A model generated the notes under the pieces. That model saw only the letters and a list, made by a program, of their open reading frames with translations, was not told where the DNA came from and ran no database searches. A stretch of 64,000 nucleotides of DNA from an uncultured Gammaproteobacteria bacterium. GTDB lineage: Bacteria > Pseudomonadota > Gammaproteobacteria > Steroidobacterales > Steroidobacteraceae. The position numbers and the translations under genes are program-made. Shown here one piece after another: positions 1-7,888 of the stretch; the first letter of the stretch is position 1; the number at the start of each line of letters is the position of its first letter. The DNA lies in NCBI GenBank assembly GCA_963804465.1, contig CAWDQL010000011.1, forward strand, positions 3,884-67,883. The letters are read 5' to 3'.

Positions 1-285
1 TCCGTAGGACCTGGGCTCGCTCAGCGCCTGGAGCGTGTCACCGACTGGCTCAGCGAACACGGCTTGCTCGCCTAATAGTTGTCAGTGCCGTGAGCGCGGA
101 TGGACGCGGCTGACCTCCCAGGTGAGGCGACCGGGCCAACGCGTCTCGCGGTACTCGGAGCGCTTCCGCAGCCTTTCGTGACGTAGATACCGGTGCGAGT
201 CGCTGGTCCGGCCTCAAGCCGTGACCCTGATCCCAGCGACACTCCAGCCATCTGGGTAGGCTTCCTGTTGAGGAAGCCGCTCATT

Positions 286-924
286 ATGTTAGTCAAATAC
301 GCCATGGTTGCCATGGCCGTATGTACGGCCGCGATCTGCAGCGCATCGCCCCCTATCTATAAATACGTCGATGCCGACGGCGTGGCGCATTTCACGGACA
401 AGCCGGACTCGAGACGATACGAGTTGATCGATCTCACTCCCAAGGGGTTGACGCGCAGTGGCGATCAATACGACCCCGGGCTGCTGGCGCGGGCCGTGCA
501 GTACGACGCCATCATTGAGGCGGAGGCGAAATCCGCAGGCGTTGAACCCAATCTGCTTAGGGCTGTAATCGTCGTCGAATCGGGTTTCAATTCCCGTGCA
601 GTCTCGAAGCGCGGCGCAGTTGGCCTCATGCAACTCATGCCCGCGACGGCAACGCGGTTTGGCGTATCCAATCGCTACGATCCGCGGCAGAACGTGCGCG
701 GCGGCGCCCTCTACCTTGGCTTTCTAATCACTCGGTTTCGCCAGAACGTGCGTCTCGCACTCGCCGCCTTCAATGCGGGGGAAGACGCGGTAGAGCGAAA
801 TTCGGGCCAGATTCCGCCTTTCATTGAAACGCTTGAATACGTCCCGAAAGTCCTCAAGATTTACCAGGCGCTGACCGAGCGGCAGCAGCGTCGGATTGGC
901 TTGGCTGCGCTGCCGCGAATCTAG
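286..924 (+). CDS. Secreted lytic transglycosylase (SLT domain) with DUF4124-like N-terminal region
   Basis: ORF 193..924. The in-frame ATG at 286 is followed by a signal-like MLVKYAMVAMAVCTAAICSA. YKYVDADGVAHFTDKP is DUF4124-type. VVESGFNSRAVSKRGAVGLMQLMPATA is the SLT catalytic Glu-Ser plus GLMQ motif. Confidence 0.8.
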   Translation: MLVKYAMVAMAVCTAAICSASPPIYKYVDADGVAHFTDKPDSRRYELIDLTPKGLTRSGDQYDPGLLARAVQYDAIIEAEAKSAGVEPNLLRAVIVVESGFNSRAVSKRGAVGLMQLMPATATRFGVSNRYDPRQNVRGGALYLGFLITRFRQNVRLALAAFNAGEDAVERNSGQIPPFIETLEYVPKVLKIYQALTERQQRRIGLAALPRI

Positions 925-1097
925 GGGCCGAGGAAATCCAGCGGGCACGGACGCACGCGCCTCGAAATCTGGCGATCGCGCGTGAGCTGCATTGGGGCAA
1001 CCAGCGCCGGCCCAACAGCCTTCGCGAAACTGGTGATTCCAGACGCCCGAATTTCCTAGTAAGCGTCCCTTTAGTTCCGGCGAAGCGCTCGGCGAGT

Positions 1098-1865
1098 TTA
1101 GGTATCTAGGGATACCAGGCCCTCACGGATGGCGTAGCGGGTGAGGTTTGCAATGTCGTGGATGTCGAGTGCGCTCATCAGCTCGCCCCGATACGCCTCG
1201 GCAGTCTTGGCACTGATTCCAAGCTGTTTCGCGATTTCCTTGGTGCTGTGACCTTCGGCGACCAGCTGCAGCACTTCGCGTTGGCGGGGCGTCAGTCGCT
1301 CGAGCGAGGTTCGCTCCCGATCGACCCGTTTGAGGCAGTCAGCGACTACGTACCCGGCGACCGCCGAGCTGAGGAACCTCTCGCCGCGCGCGGCGGCGCG
1401 TATGGCCAGCTCCAGTTCAGCGGGACTGTCGGTCTTTACCATGTAACCGACGGCTCCGGCGCGCAGCGCTCGGAGGACCGAATCTTCATCCGGTTTCATC
1501 GACAGAATCACGACGCGTGTGCTGGGAAAGGCACGCGCAATCCGTGCAGCGGCGTCCAGCCCATTTAGGTTGGGCATCATCAGGTCCAGGACGATGACGT
1601 CGGGCTGTCCGGTCGCGATCAGCCGAAGCGCCTCATGACCGTCGGCGGCCTCGCCGACGATTTCGATCCCAGGCGCTGTCTGCAGCAGCGCACGAATGCC
1701 GGCCCGGAACAGCGTATGGTCGTCCGCCAGTACAACGCGTATTGGCGCCCGTCCGGTGCCCCGACTCCGGCGCAGCCCCTGATCGGCTGCCCGGTGCGCG
1801 TCGTGCTGGCACTCGGGTGACCCGTCATGGTCGGCATTCAGGGAAAGCGCACGCTCTGTTCGCAC
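1098..1865 (-). CDS. NarL/FixJ (LuxR)-type response regulator, no adjacent kinase
   Basis: 255-aa ORF. REC domain (IRVVLADDHTLFRAG..., VIVLDLMMP) plus C-terminal LuxR HTH (LTPRQREVLQLVAEGHSTKEIAKQLGISAKTAEAYR). The true start is uncertain: the first ~45 aa look non-domain. Confidence 0.8.
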   Translation of the reverse strand: MRTERALSLNADHDGSPECQHDAHRAADQGLRRSRGTGRAPIRVVLADDHTLFRAGIRALLQTAPGIEIVGEAADGHEALRLIATGQPDVIVLDLMMPNLNGLDAAARIARAFPSTRVVILSMKPDEDSVLRALRAGAVGYMVKTDSPAELELAIRAAARGERFLSSAVAGYVVADCLKRVDRERTSLERLTPRQREVLQLVAEGHSTKEIAKQLGISAKTAEAYRGELMSALDIHDIANLTRYAIREGLVSLDT

Positions 1866-1964
1866 TGCCGTAAGCCCTGTTCCGCTGCCTACGGTACGTA
1901 TATTCCCTTATTGCATGTCGGGCGGATTGCGTTTTCCCGCCCTCACTTGCCTATGCTTGCTGCG

Positions 1965-2430
1965 TTAGCGGTGCGCCCGCCGGAATTGACTGGGTGTCTG
2001 GCCCTCAAGCCAGTGAAAGCTGCGCGAGAAGTGGCTCTGGTCGGCGAATCCGACCGACAGTGCAATGCTGGCGAGTGGTTCTTCGGTCGCCTTGAGCAAC
2101 TCCGCCGCCTTCTGTATCCGCTGCTCCAGCAGATAGCGATGTGGCGGCACTCCGACGCGCTGTTTGAATGCTCTGGCGAAATGATGCACGGACAATCCCG
2201 CGTGCGACGCCAGCGCTTCGATGGCGCTGTTCGCCCACATGGGTTTCGATGTATTCCCTGACCCTTCGGAGCTTGCCGGGCGCGAGCCCTCCCCGGGGAG
2301 CCTCGACGGCGAGATGGCAGTTCATCGAGCAGCGCGATGCGGGATGGGACAGCTGGCCATCCGCCATGCCCGAGCACTCCGGCTGATCCTGCAGCGTAGT
2401 CATGTCGTCGGATTTTCCGCCTTTTTTCAA
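1965..2430 (-). pseudogene. AraC-family regulator split by a 1-nt frameshift near 2225-2235
   Basis: ORF 2005..2430 gives ...LAPGKLRRVREYIETHVGEQ. ORF 1965..2240, in another frame, continues with ..SAIEALASHAGLSVHHFARAFKQ...FADQSHFSRSF (AraC HTH). Joining the two needs one base removed in gaacagcgcc. Confidence 0.65.
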
Positions 2431-2480
2431 AGGGCGGGGTGGGAGACAGCGGACTCCGAGTTGGCTAAGTAATTGATTAT

Positions 2481-2640
2481 TGGCTCCCGCGGTTGTACCA
2501 CAGGAACCTCCTAAGTCACTGAGTGCACGGGAGTTGCGCGACCTACGTGATCGAGTACCCGGCGTTAACCTTACCGTATGGGCGTGCAGTACTCTCTTCC
2601 AGTACTAGGTGCGTCCGGCTTCGTACAGCTTCAGCGTACT
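2481..2640. repeat. Copy D (most diverged) of the tRNA-Asn-3'-end-complementary intergenic repeat family
   Basis: TGGCTCCCGCGGTTG preceded by AT-rich taagtaattgattat. Shares the blocks AAGTnACTGAGTGCAC, GAGTACCC and CGTATGGGCGTGCAG with copies A-C. Hairpins AGGA-acc-TCCT and AGTACT-ctcttcc-AGTACT sit at the conserved positions. Confidence 0.45.
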
Positions 2641-2747
2641 TGCAACCGCGGCTTTGCTTCTGGAGACGACGGCATCGAGCCTTAAAGGCTAGCGAAACCG
2701 ACCGATACGCATGTATGTCCATTCAACACACAATGCGGGGGTAGATC

Positions 2748-3308
2748 ATGAGCGATAGAGCCGGCCTCGTGGCGCCGAGCAACGGATTCACACGGCGGCA
2801 GGCGATAGTCGGTGTCGCGGGTGCATTCGGGGGTCTGGTGGGCTCAACCGGCGCTTGGGCAGGAGCTGAGGATGGGATATCTCATACAGCGGACTCCATT
2901 CACCAGGAGCCTGTGTTCGCGGCCAGCCTGCAGCGCGTCTACGAAGCGCTTACCGATGCGAAACAATTTACCCGCGTCATACAGCTCAGTGGGGCCCTGC
3001 AGGCCATGCACCTGCCCGACAAACCCGCGGAGATCAGTAGCGAAGCAGGAGGTGCGTTTGCGCTTTACGGCGGGTACATCACGGGCCGCCAGGTCGAGCT
3101 GGTGCCGAACGTGCGGATTGTCCAGGCCTGGCGAGCGGGCAGCTGGCCTCCAGGGGCCTATTCGATTGTCAGGTTCGAGCTCGTGGAGCAGGGGCCCGGG
3201 TCCAAGATCGTCTTTGATCACACGGGCTTTCCTCAGGGCGAGGCGGAGAGCCTGGCATCGGGATGGAGAGTTCACTATTGGGAACCGCTTGCTAAGGTCC
3301 TGGCATAA
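2748..3308 (+). CDS. SRPBCC/AHSA1-domain protein with Tat-type signal peptide
   Basis: 186 aa. Twin-arginine signal TRRQAIVGVAGAFGGLVGSTGAWA, then an Aha1/START-like fold signature (VYEALTDAKQF..., GGYITGRQVELVPNVRIVQAWR, VFDHTGFP). Confidence 0.7.
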   Translation: MSDRAGLVAPSNGFTRRQAIVGVAGAFGGLVGSTGAWAGAEDGISHTADSIHQEPVFAASLQRVYEALTDAKQFTRVIQLSGALQAMHLPDKPAEISSEAGGAFALYGGYITGRQVELVPNVRIVQAWRAGSWPPGAYSIVRFELVEQGPGSKIVFDHTGFPQGEAESLASGWRVHYWEPLAKVLA

Positions 3309-3489
3309 AAAATGCGCAAGCGGTTTACGTCGCGTTCCTCTATTCAAATCGACGGCTTCCCGGAACGATCCTAGGGGCCTGGAGCGCGCGGCGCGCGCTA
3401 TGGCACTTAAGAAGTCTGCTCGGGGTCAGGAAACGACCGTCGATAGGCTGGTGTCTATCGAGGGTCGCTGAGCGGGCCGATCGGGGACA

Positions 3490-3888
3490 TCACGGCGGCC
3501 CCAGCACAGCAGCGGCCATTTCGGTATCCATGTATTCCGTTACCTCTACCAACTTGCCCTCGAGTAGACGGCACACGTAGCAGTAACTGTTGTTGTAGGC
3601 CTTGCCGGACTTGGTCGTTACTTTACCGCGCGCCTCGACGACTACGTAATCGCCTTCGGCAATCATACGGTGCGCCTCGCAGGTGTAGAGATCCGAAAAG
3701 CGAGCGAACAGGGGCTTCATAAGCTCATTCAGGACCGCCTGTCTTCCGCTCCATGTATGGCCCCAAGTGGAGGTGCCTGCGATCGTCCAGCAGAACTCCT
3801 CCGCCATGGCCTCTGCGAAGGGCTTGAGATTTCCTCGCGCCAGCTCCGCAAAGATATGCTGCATCACCGCCTTGTTATCGGTGCTCAT
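3490..3888 (-). CDS. SnoaL-like (NTF2-fold) protein
   Basis: 132 aa with the typical SnoaL/ketosteroid-isomerase-like pattern (VMQHIFAELARGN..., DYVVVEARGKVTTKSGKAYNNSYCYVCRLLEGKLVEVTEYMDT). Confidence 0.7.
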   Translation of the reverse strand: MSTDNKAVMQHIFAELARGNLKPFAEAMAEEFCWTIAGTSTWGHTWSGRQAVLNELMKPLFARFSDLYTCEAHRMIAEGDYVVVEARGKVTTKSGKAYNNSYCYVCRLLEGKLVEVTEYMDTEMAAAVLGPP

Positions 3889-3902
3889 CGCAACGCTCGG
3901 TG

Positions 3903-4517
3903 TTACCTCTTGGGATATGCCGTGAAAATGTAGTCATGCGTCGCGACAGGGGTATGGCACGCGTACCCGCATTCATGGCCGGTCATGGAGAGGGGTGAAG
4001 GCGCGAACGTGTCCGACGCTGGATCATAAGCGAATTGGGCATAGGCCCACCCGTGCGTGTTAGGGAATCTCTTGGAATCCTTCTCGATAAACGAAACCGT
4101 TTTGAGAGCCTCCGGGATCTCGACAAAATAAGGCGATACTGGGTTCTTCGTTTTGATCCACTCGATCTTCACAACCTTGGATCCCTCGGGGAAAGGCTTG
4201 CCATTGCCCGGAATCCCTTCCTTATAGGCGGCTATCATCACGGGATTCGCAAGAATCGCCTTGATACTAGTCTCCGTCGCACTCACCGCGACGTCCTGCC
4301 ACGTGTCGTATCCCCGAATATCAGAGAAGCCCAGCCCTTCTGGGACGGTGGTTCGTGGCTGCGCGTGCACGGTTTCCGGCCTGGGGCCGGTCGGCGCAGT
4401 GATCAGGACCGTGTGACTGAATTCCGTCAACCGCGGGCGCCGAGTCCTAATCGTCAAACGTCCCCTAATGCGGCGCCGGCCGCTCCGACACTTCCATCGG
4501 TTGTTGCATAATGACAT
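3903..4517 (-). CDS. Cytochrome P460-family haem protein (start uncertain, no clear signal peptide)
   Basis: C-terminal CGYACHTPVATHDYIFTAYPKR is the P460-type CXXCH region. Upstream, HGWAYAQFAYD and KVVKIEWIK are family-like. The annotated N-terminus is Arg-rich and overlaps ORF 4465..5007. Confidence 0.6.
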   Translation of the reverse strand: MSLCNNRWKCRSGRRRIRGRLTIRTRRPRLTEFSHTVLITAPTGPRPETVHAQPRTTVPEGLGFSDIRGYDTWQDVAVSATETSIKAILANPVMIAAYKEGIPGNGKPFPEGSKVVKIEWIKTKNPVSPYFVEIPEALKTVSFIEKDSKRFPNTHGWAYAQFAYDPASDTFAPSPLSMTGHECGYACHTPVATHDYIFTAYPKR

Positions 4518-5007
4518 CGAGCGCGATCACGAAGCCAAAAATGACCGTAAAGAAGTCGATCGTCAACGCAGTGACATAGGCTGCGGCGGTGTATTGGAGG
4601 CCTTCTAAAACGTAACCAAGCATCGCCAGTGTCACAGCGGAGCCGAGTACAACGAAAACCGCGAATATCGCGGGCGGCGGTAGTTTGCCGACCACCTTGC
4701 GGCGTCGGCACGGATAGGTGACCTGAAGAGACAGCATCGGTAGTGCGAAAAGCACGCCAGAGGCTCGCCAGATCCACTTTTCCTGAATGTCATAGAGCCC
4801 AAGTAGCGCCGGCAGCAGCGCACCCGCCGTCAATACGAAAATGTACGTCATGACCGTTTTTGCAAGGTATCTGTCGAGCAGTGACAACTTCGCTCCAGCG
4901 GCCGGTCGGAGGGTCAACAAGAGCGCCGAGAACCCCGCGAACGTGATCATCAGGCCGGCCAATGTGTACAAAAGGGTTGCACCTTTGATTTCCATGTTTT
5001 GCTCCAC
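4465..5007 (-). CDS. Hypothetical integral membrane protein (about 5 TM helices)
   Basis: 180-aa ORF with repeated hydrophobic 20-aa stretches (LLYTLAGLMITFAGFSALLL, TYIFVLTAGALLPALLGL, FAVFVVLGSAVTLAMLGYV, FFTVIFGFVIALDVI). I recognise no family. Confidence 0.5.
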   Translation of the reverse strand: MEQNMEIKGATLLYTLAGLMITFAGFSALLLTLRPAAGAKLSLLDRYLAKTVMTYIFVLTAGALLPALLGLYDIQEKWIWRASGVLFALPMLSLQVTYPCRRRKVVGKLPPPAIFAVFVVLGSAVTLAMLGYVLEGLQYTAAAYVTALTIDFFTVIFGFVIALDVIMQQPMEVSERPAPH

Positions 5008-5253
5008 CTAAGAACCAAACGTTTGCCAGCGTGGCCAAGCTGAAAGCATGTTCCTCATCGAATTGCGTGCGAGCAATGCGGCGTTCTTTTTGTCGATCGA
5101 CGGCTTCCCCGGTTGAAGCCGCACCCGGTCGCATCAGCCAGTGGCCGACTGATTAGGGCTGCATCGGTCTCGCGCCAAGTTGGGACAGTGCGATCGCCAA
5201 TCCAAAAGGGGGACCGGCGTGCTTCGCACCGGCCGCTGGAGGCACACCGCAGC

Positions 5254-7338
5254 TCACCGGCTGAAGTCGAAGAGATCGAACAGGTCGCCGATGGCCGGCG
5301 AATTGACGGGCACATACGGGTCGTCTCGCGTGACCGGATTGGGAAGGTTGTCGCGGCTGCGGTGGGTGATCGTGCGAACACCCCAGTTGCGCTCGATGAA
5401 CTTGGCCGTGGACACGTGATCGGTGTAGGTGTGCGAAATGTGTCCACCCGCGGAGTACGGCGACACGACGATCATCGGGATGCGCGTGCCGTCGCCGAAA
5501 AAGTCGAGCGGCTGCACATAGCCCGAATCGAAGTACCCGCCGCCCTCATCGAACGTGATGAAGATGGCCGTATCGGCCCACAGCCCGGGGTTCGACTGCA
5601 CCAGATCCACGATCTTCTTCACGAAGCCCTCGAACAGGATCAGCTTCGATGACGCTGGATGACCGTCGACTAGCTCGCTCGGCTTCACGTATGAGACCGC
5701 CGGCAGCGACCCGGCTGAGATGGCAGCGTAGAGGTCCGCGGTATCCTTGAGGTGGTGAGCGCGTGACTGCGGATTCGTCATGATCGAGGTGGAATATTGA
5801 GCCCAGTTGCAGATCTGACAGTACTGATCTCCGGGACTGACCTTGTACTTGTCGTTTAGGTAGCGATTGAACTGATCGCCGTAATAGGCCCATGACACCC
5901 GCTTAGCATCGAGCGCGTTGCCGATGTTGCGCACCGAGGAGGGCGGGATCGTATACACGGTGTTGTGGGCGTTCGCGTCCGTGTAGGCGTTACTACCGTC
6001 GCCGAAGTAGCCGGCGTTGTAGTTGTTGACCAGGTAGTAGTGACCGGCCGTGCAATTCGGGTCGACCGCGTGCTTAAGGGCCGCGAGGTAATTGCGGACT
6101 GGCGCCACACCGGGCTGCGTTGCATCGGAGCACTCGACGTACGAGCCGCCGCCATAGTTCGCGTGCGGCGCAACCGCGGTGGGCGAGCCGGAGCCGCCGC
6201 CGTAACCGTCTTCCGTGTAGAAGTTATTGGTGCCTGGCTGTGGATTGGGATTCTCGATTTCGGAGAGCGCACTCGTATGACCGGCCACCGGCGTTCCGGG
6301 AGCATGCGGGTCGAGCGGATTGACGGGCGGCACCCGCGCGTGGCCGTGTCCGTCGCTGAACCAGATTGCATCCCCCGTGCCGAGCATGATGTGGTTGGCC
6401 CCGGTGCCGCCGGCCACGGCCTGATGATAGTTGTCGCTCATCGAGTACGTGTCGGCCAGGTACTTCAGATACGGCGCATCGCCCTGCTGCACATTGTAGA
6501 AGCCCATGGAGGTCGAGCCCTCACCGGTCGACGCGTCGTTGAATCCGGCCGGCTGGGCCGCACCGTTGGAGCCCTCGCCGACAGTCACCTCCACCCAGGG
6601 AAACAGCCGTGCGGTGCAACCCGAACCGTTGGCTGGCGTCGCCGCCGCAGCGTCGCAATTCAGTTGCTGCCACATCTGAAAGAAGCGATGCACGGGGCTC
6701 GCTGCGTACGCGTCATACGGATAGCCCGGCGAGGAGAGTTGATACGGGCCCGGGGGCAGATTGCGCGCATCCGCGCCCTCGTAATGAATGCGGGCATCCG
6801 GTGTTCCAGTGGTCTGTCCCGTGCCTCCGGTCAGCAGATACTGGTAGTAGTCGTCCGCCAGACCGTTCTCGATGCTTTTCGCGGCGGCAATGTTGGCTTC
6901 TGTGACGCACGAGGTGCCCGACTTGATGCCAAGCTGTTGGCAGACATAGGGGATCGACGGTCCGCCTGCGAGCGCCGGCGGCAGCACGCTGTAGGGGGTT
7001 TTTAGCGGCGTCAGCTGGTAGGTCGCCAGATCGGATGCCGAGTACTGTAGAGCGGCACCATAGTTCGGGCCGGGCGAGCCGTCGGTCTTCACGATTCCCT
7101 TTGACAGCAGGTTCAGCACCGACTCCTGGTGGTGAACGGGCTGATAGGTGGCGAAGATCTGATCAAAGGTACGGTTCTCACCGATGATGATGATCACATG
7201 CTTAATCGGCGAGACTGTCTCTTTCTCATGCGCGAACGATGGTGTCGTGCAGCTCAAGAGCTGCGCGATCATTGCCCCGATGATCGCGTGCGACGCCGCG
7301 CGCTTGAGCGACTGTCTCCCTGACTGGACACATGGCAT
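5254..7338 (-). CDS. Phosphoesterase-family enzyme (AcpA acid phosphatase / non-haemolytic phospholipase C-like)
   Basis: 694 aa with an N-terminal signal. HVIIIIGENRTFDQIF, VSYVKPS..DGHP and IFITFDEGGGYFDSGY are hallmark PF04185-type motifs. Confidence 0.8.
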   Translation of the reverse strand: MPCVQSGRQSLKRAASHAIIGAMIAQLLSCTTPSFAHEKETVSPIKHVIIIIGENRTFDQIFATYQPVHHQESVLNLLSKGIVKTDGSPGPNYGAALQYSASDLATYQLTPLKTPYSVLPPALAGGPSIPYVCQQLGIKSGTSCVTEANIAAAKSIENGLADDYYQYLLTGGTGQTTGTPDARIHYEGADARNLPPGPYQLSSPGYPYDAYAASPVHRFFQMWQQLNCDAAAATPANGSGCTARLFPWVEVTVGEGSNGAAQPAGFNDASTGEGSTSMGFYNVQQGDAPYLKYLADTYSMSDNYHQAVAGGTGANHIMLGTGDAIWFSDGHGHARVPPVNPLDPHAPGTPVAGHTSALSEIENPNPQPGTNNFYTEDGYGGGSGSPTAVAPHANYGGGSYVECSDATQPGVAPVRNYLAALKHAVDPNCTAGHYYLVNNYNAGYFGDGSNAYTDANAHNTVYTIPPSSVRNIGNALDAKRVSWAYYGDQFNRYLNDKYKVSPGDQYCQICNWAQYSTSIMTNPQSRAHHLKDTADLYAAISAGSLPAVSYVKPSELVDGHPASSKLILFEGFVKKIVDLVQSNPGLWADTAIFITFDEGGGYFDSGYVQPLDFFGDGTRIPMIVVSPYSAGGHISHTYTDHVSTAKFIERNWGVRTITHRSRDNLPNPVTRDDPYVPVNSPAIGDLFDLFDFSR

Positions 7339-7549
7339 CGGAGACTCCCTTGATGGACGCTACCAACGAGACGTCAGGGCTAGGCCAGAAGAGGATATTG
7401 CGTGTTGTTGACGCTAAGAAGAACGAACACGCGAGGCGCAGGATGAGTATTAACTGTGCTGTACGTTGCCGCGGCGCGCGGCATTGCTTTGTTTGTAGTT
7501 GAATGATTTAGAGTAACTTAAGCGCAGAATGCATTGAAATATAAGTAGA

Positions 7550-7720
7550 TGGCTCCCCGGGTTGCGGCGGGAGACAGTAGCGCAAGTACCTGAGCTGCGC
7601 GGAATTCTTGCCAAGCTTTCGGCGCGGCTAGCCGGTAGCAGCCCCGCGAAACGTGGGCTGCGAGGATTTCGCGTGAGATGCGTTGAGAGTGGCGATGCAC
7701 CTACTGGCAACGAGCGGAAC
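7550..7720. repeat. Copy A of the tRNA-Asn-3'-end-complementary intergenic repeat family
   Basis: TGGCTCCCCGGGTTGCG...CGCAAGTACCTGAG...GGCTAGCC...GCAGCCCcgcgaaacgtGGGCTGCGAGGATTTCgcgtGAGAT. Preceded by the decamers agcgcagaat/gcattgaaat and TATAAG. Lies in the intergenic gap between the phosphoesterase gene and lctP. Confidence 0.6.
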
Positions 7721-7888
7721 TGAAGGAGCGTGTAAACTCATCAGCGCGCTGGCAAGCGAACACTGCGTACGCACGCACCGAAGATGAAACCAGCGCAGGC
7801 GGGGGCGGCGACACTCCTCTGGAGGTCCTCAACGACCTGGTGAGCAGGTAGCACGCTGCAAACAGCTTAAAATAACAAAGGGGGGACT

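Noticed and set aside
1-75. Open frame from the window edge to TAA (..LERVTDWLSEHGLLA*)
   Set aside because: Only 24 codons are visible. That is too short to assign or even to be confident it is coding.
5965-7005. 346-aa plus-strand ORF, and similar long antisense ORFs at 43215..44288, 46846..47895, 56776..58116, 60281..61129, 39876..40826, 28006..28788 and 33030..33900
   Set aside because: Each lies opposite a gene with strong family signatures and has an Arg/Ala/Gly/Pro-biased translation. None shows a domain I recognise.
7550-7720. Interpreting repeat copies A-D as tRNA pseudogenes or tmRNA pieces
   Set aside because: Apart from the terminal 13-15 nt there is no T-arm (no TTCGA loop), D-arm or anticodon arm. 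The four copies share blocks that have no counterpart in tRNA-Asn.
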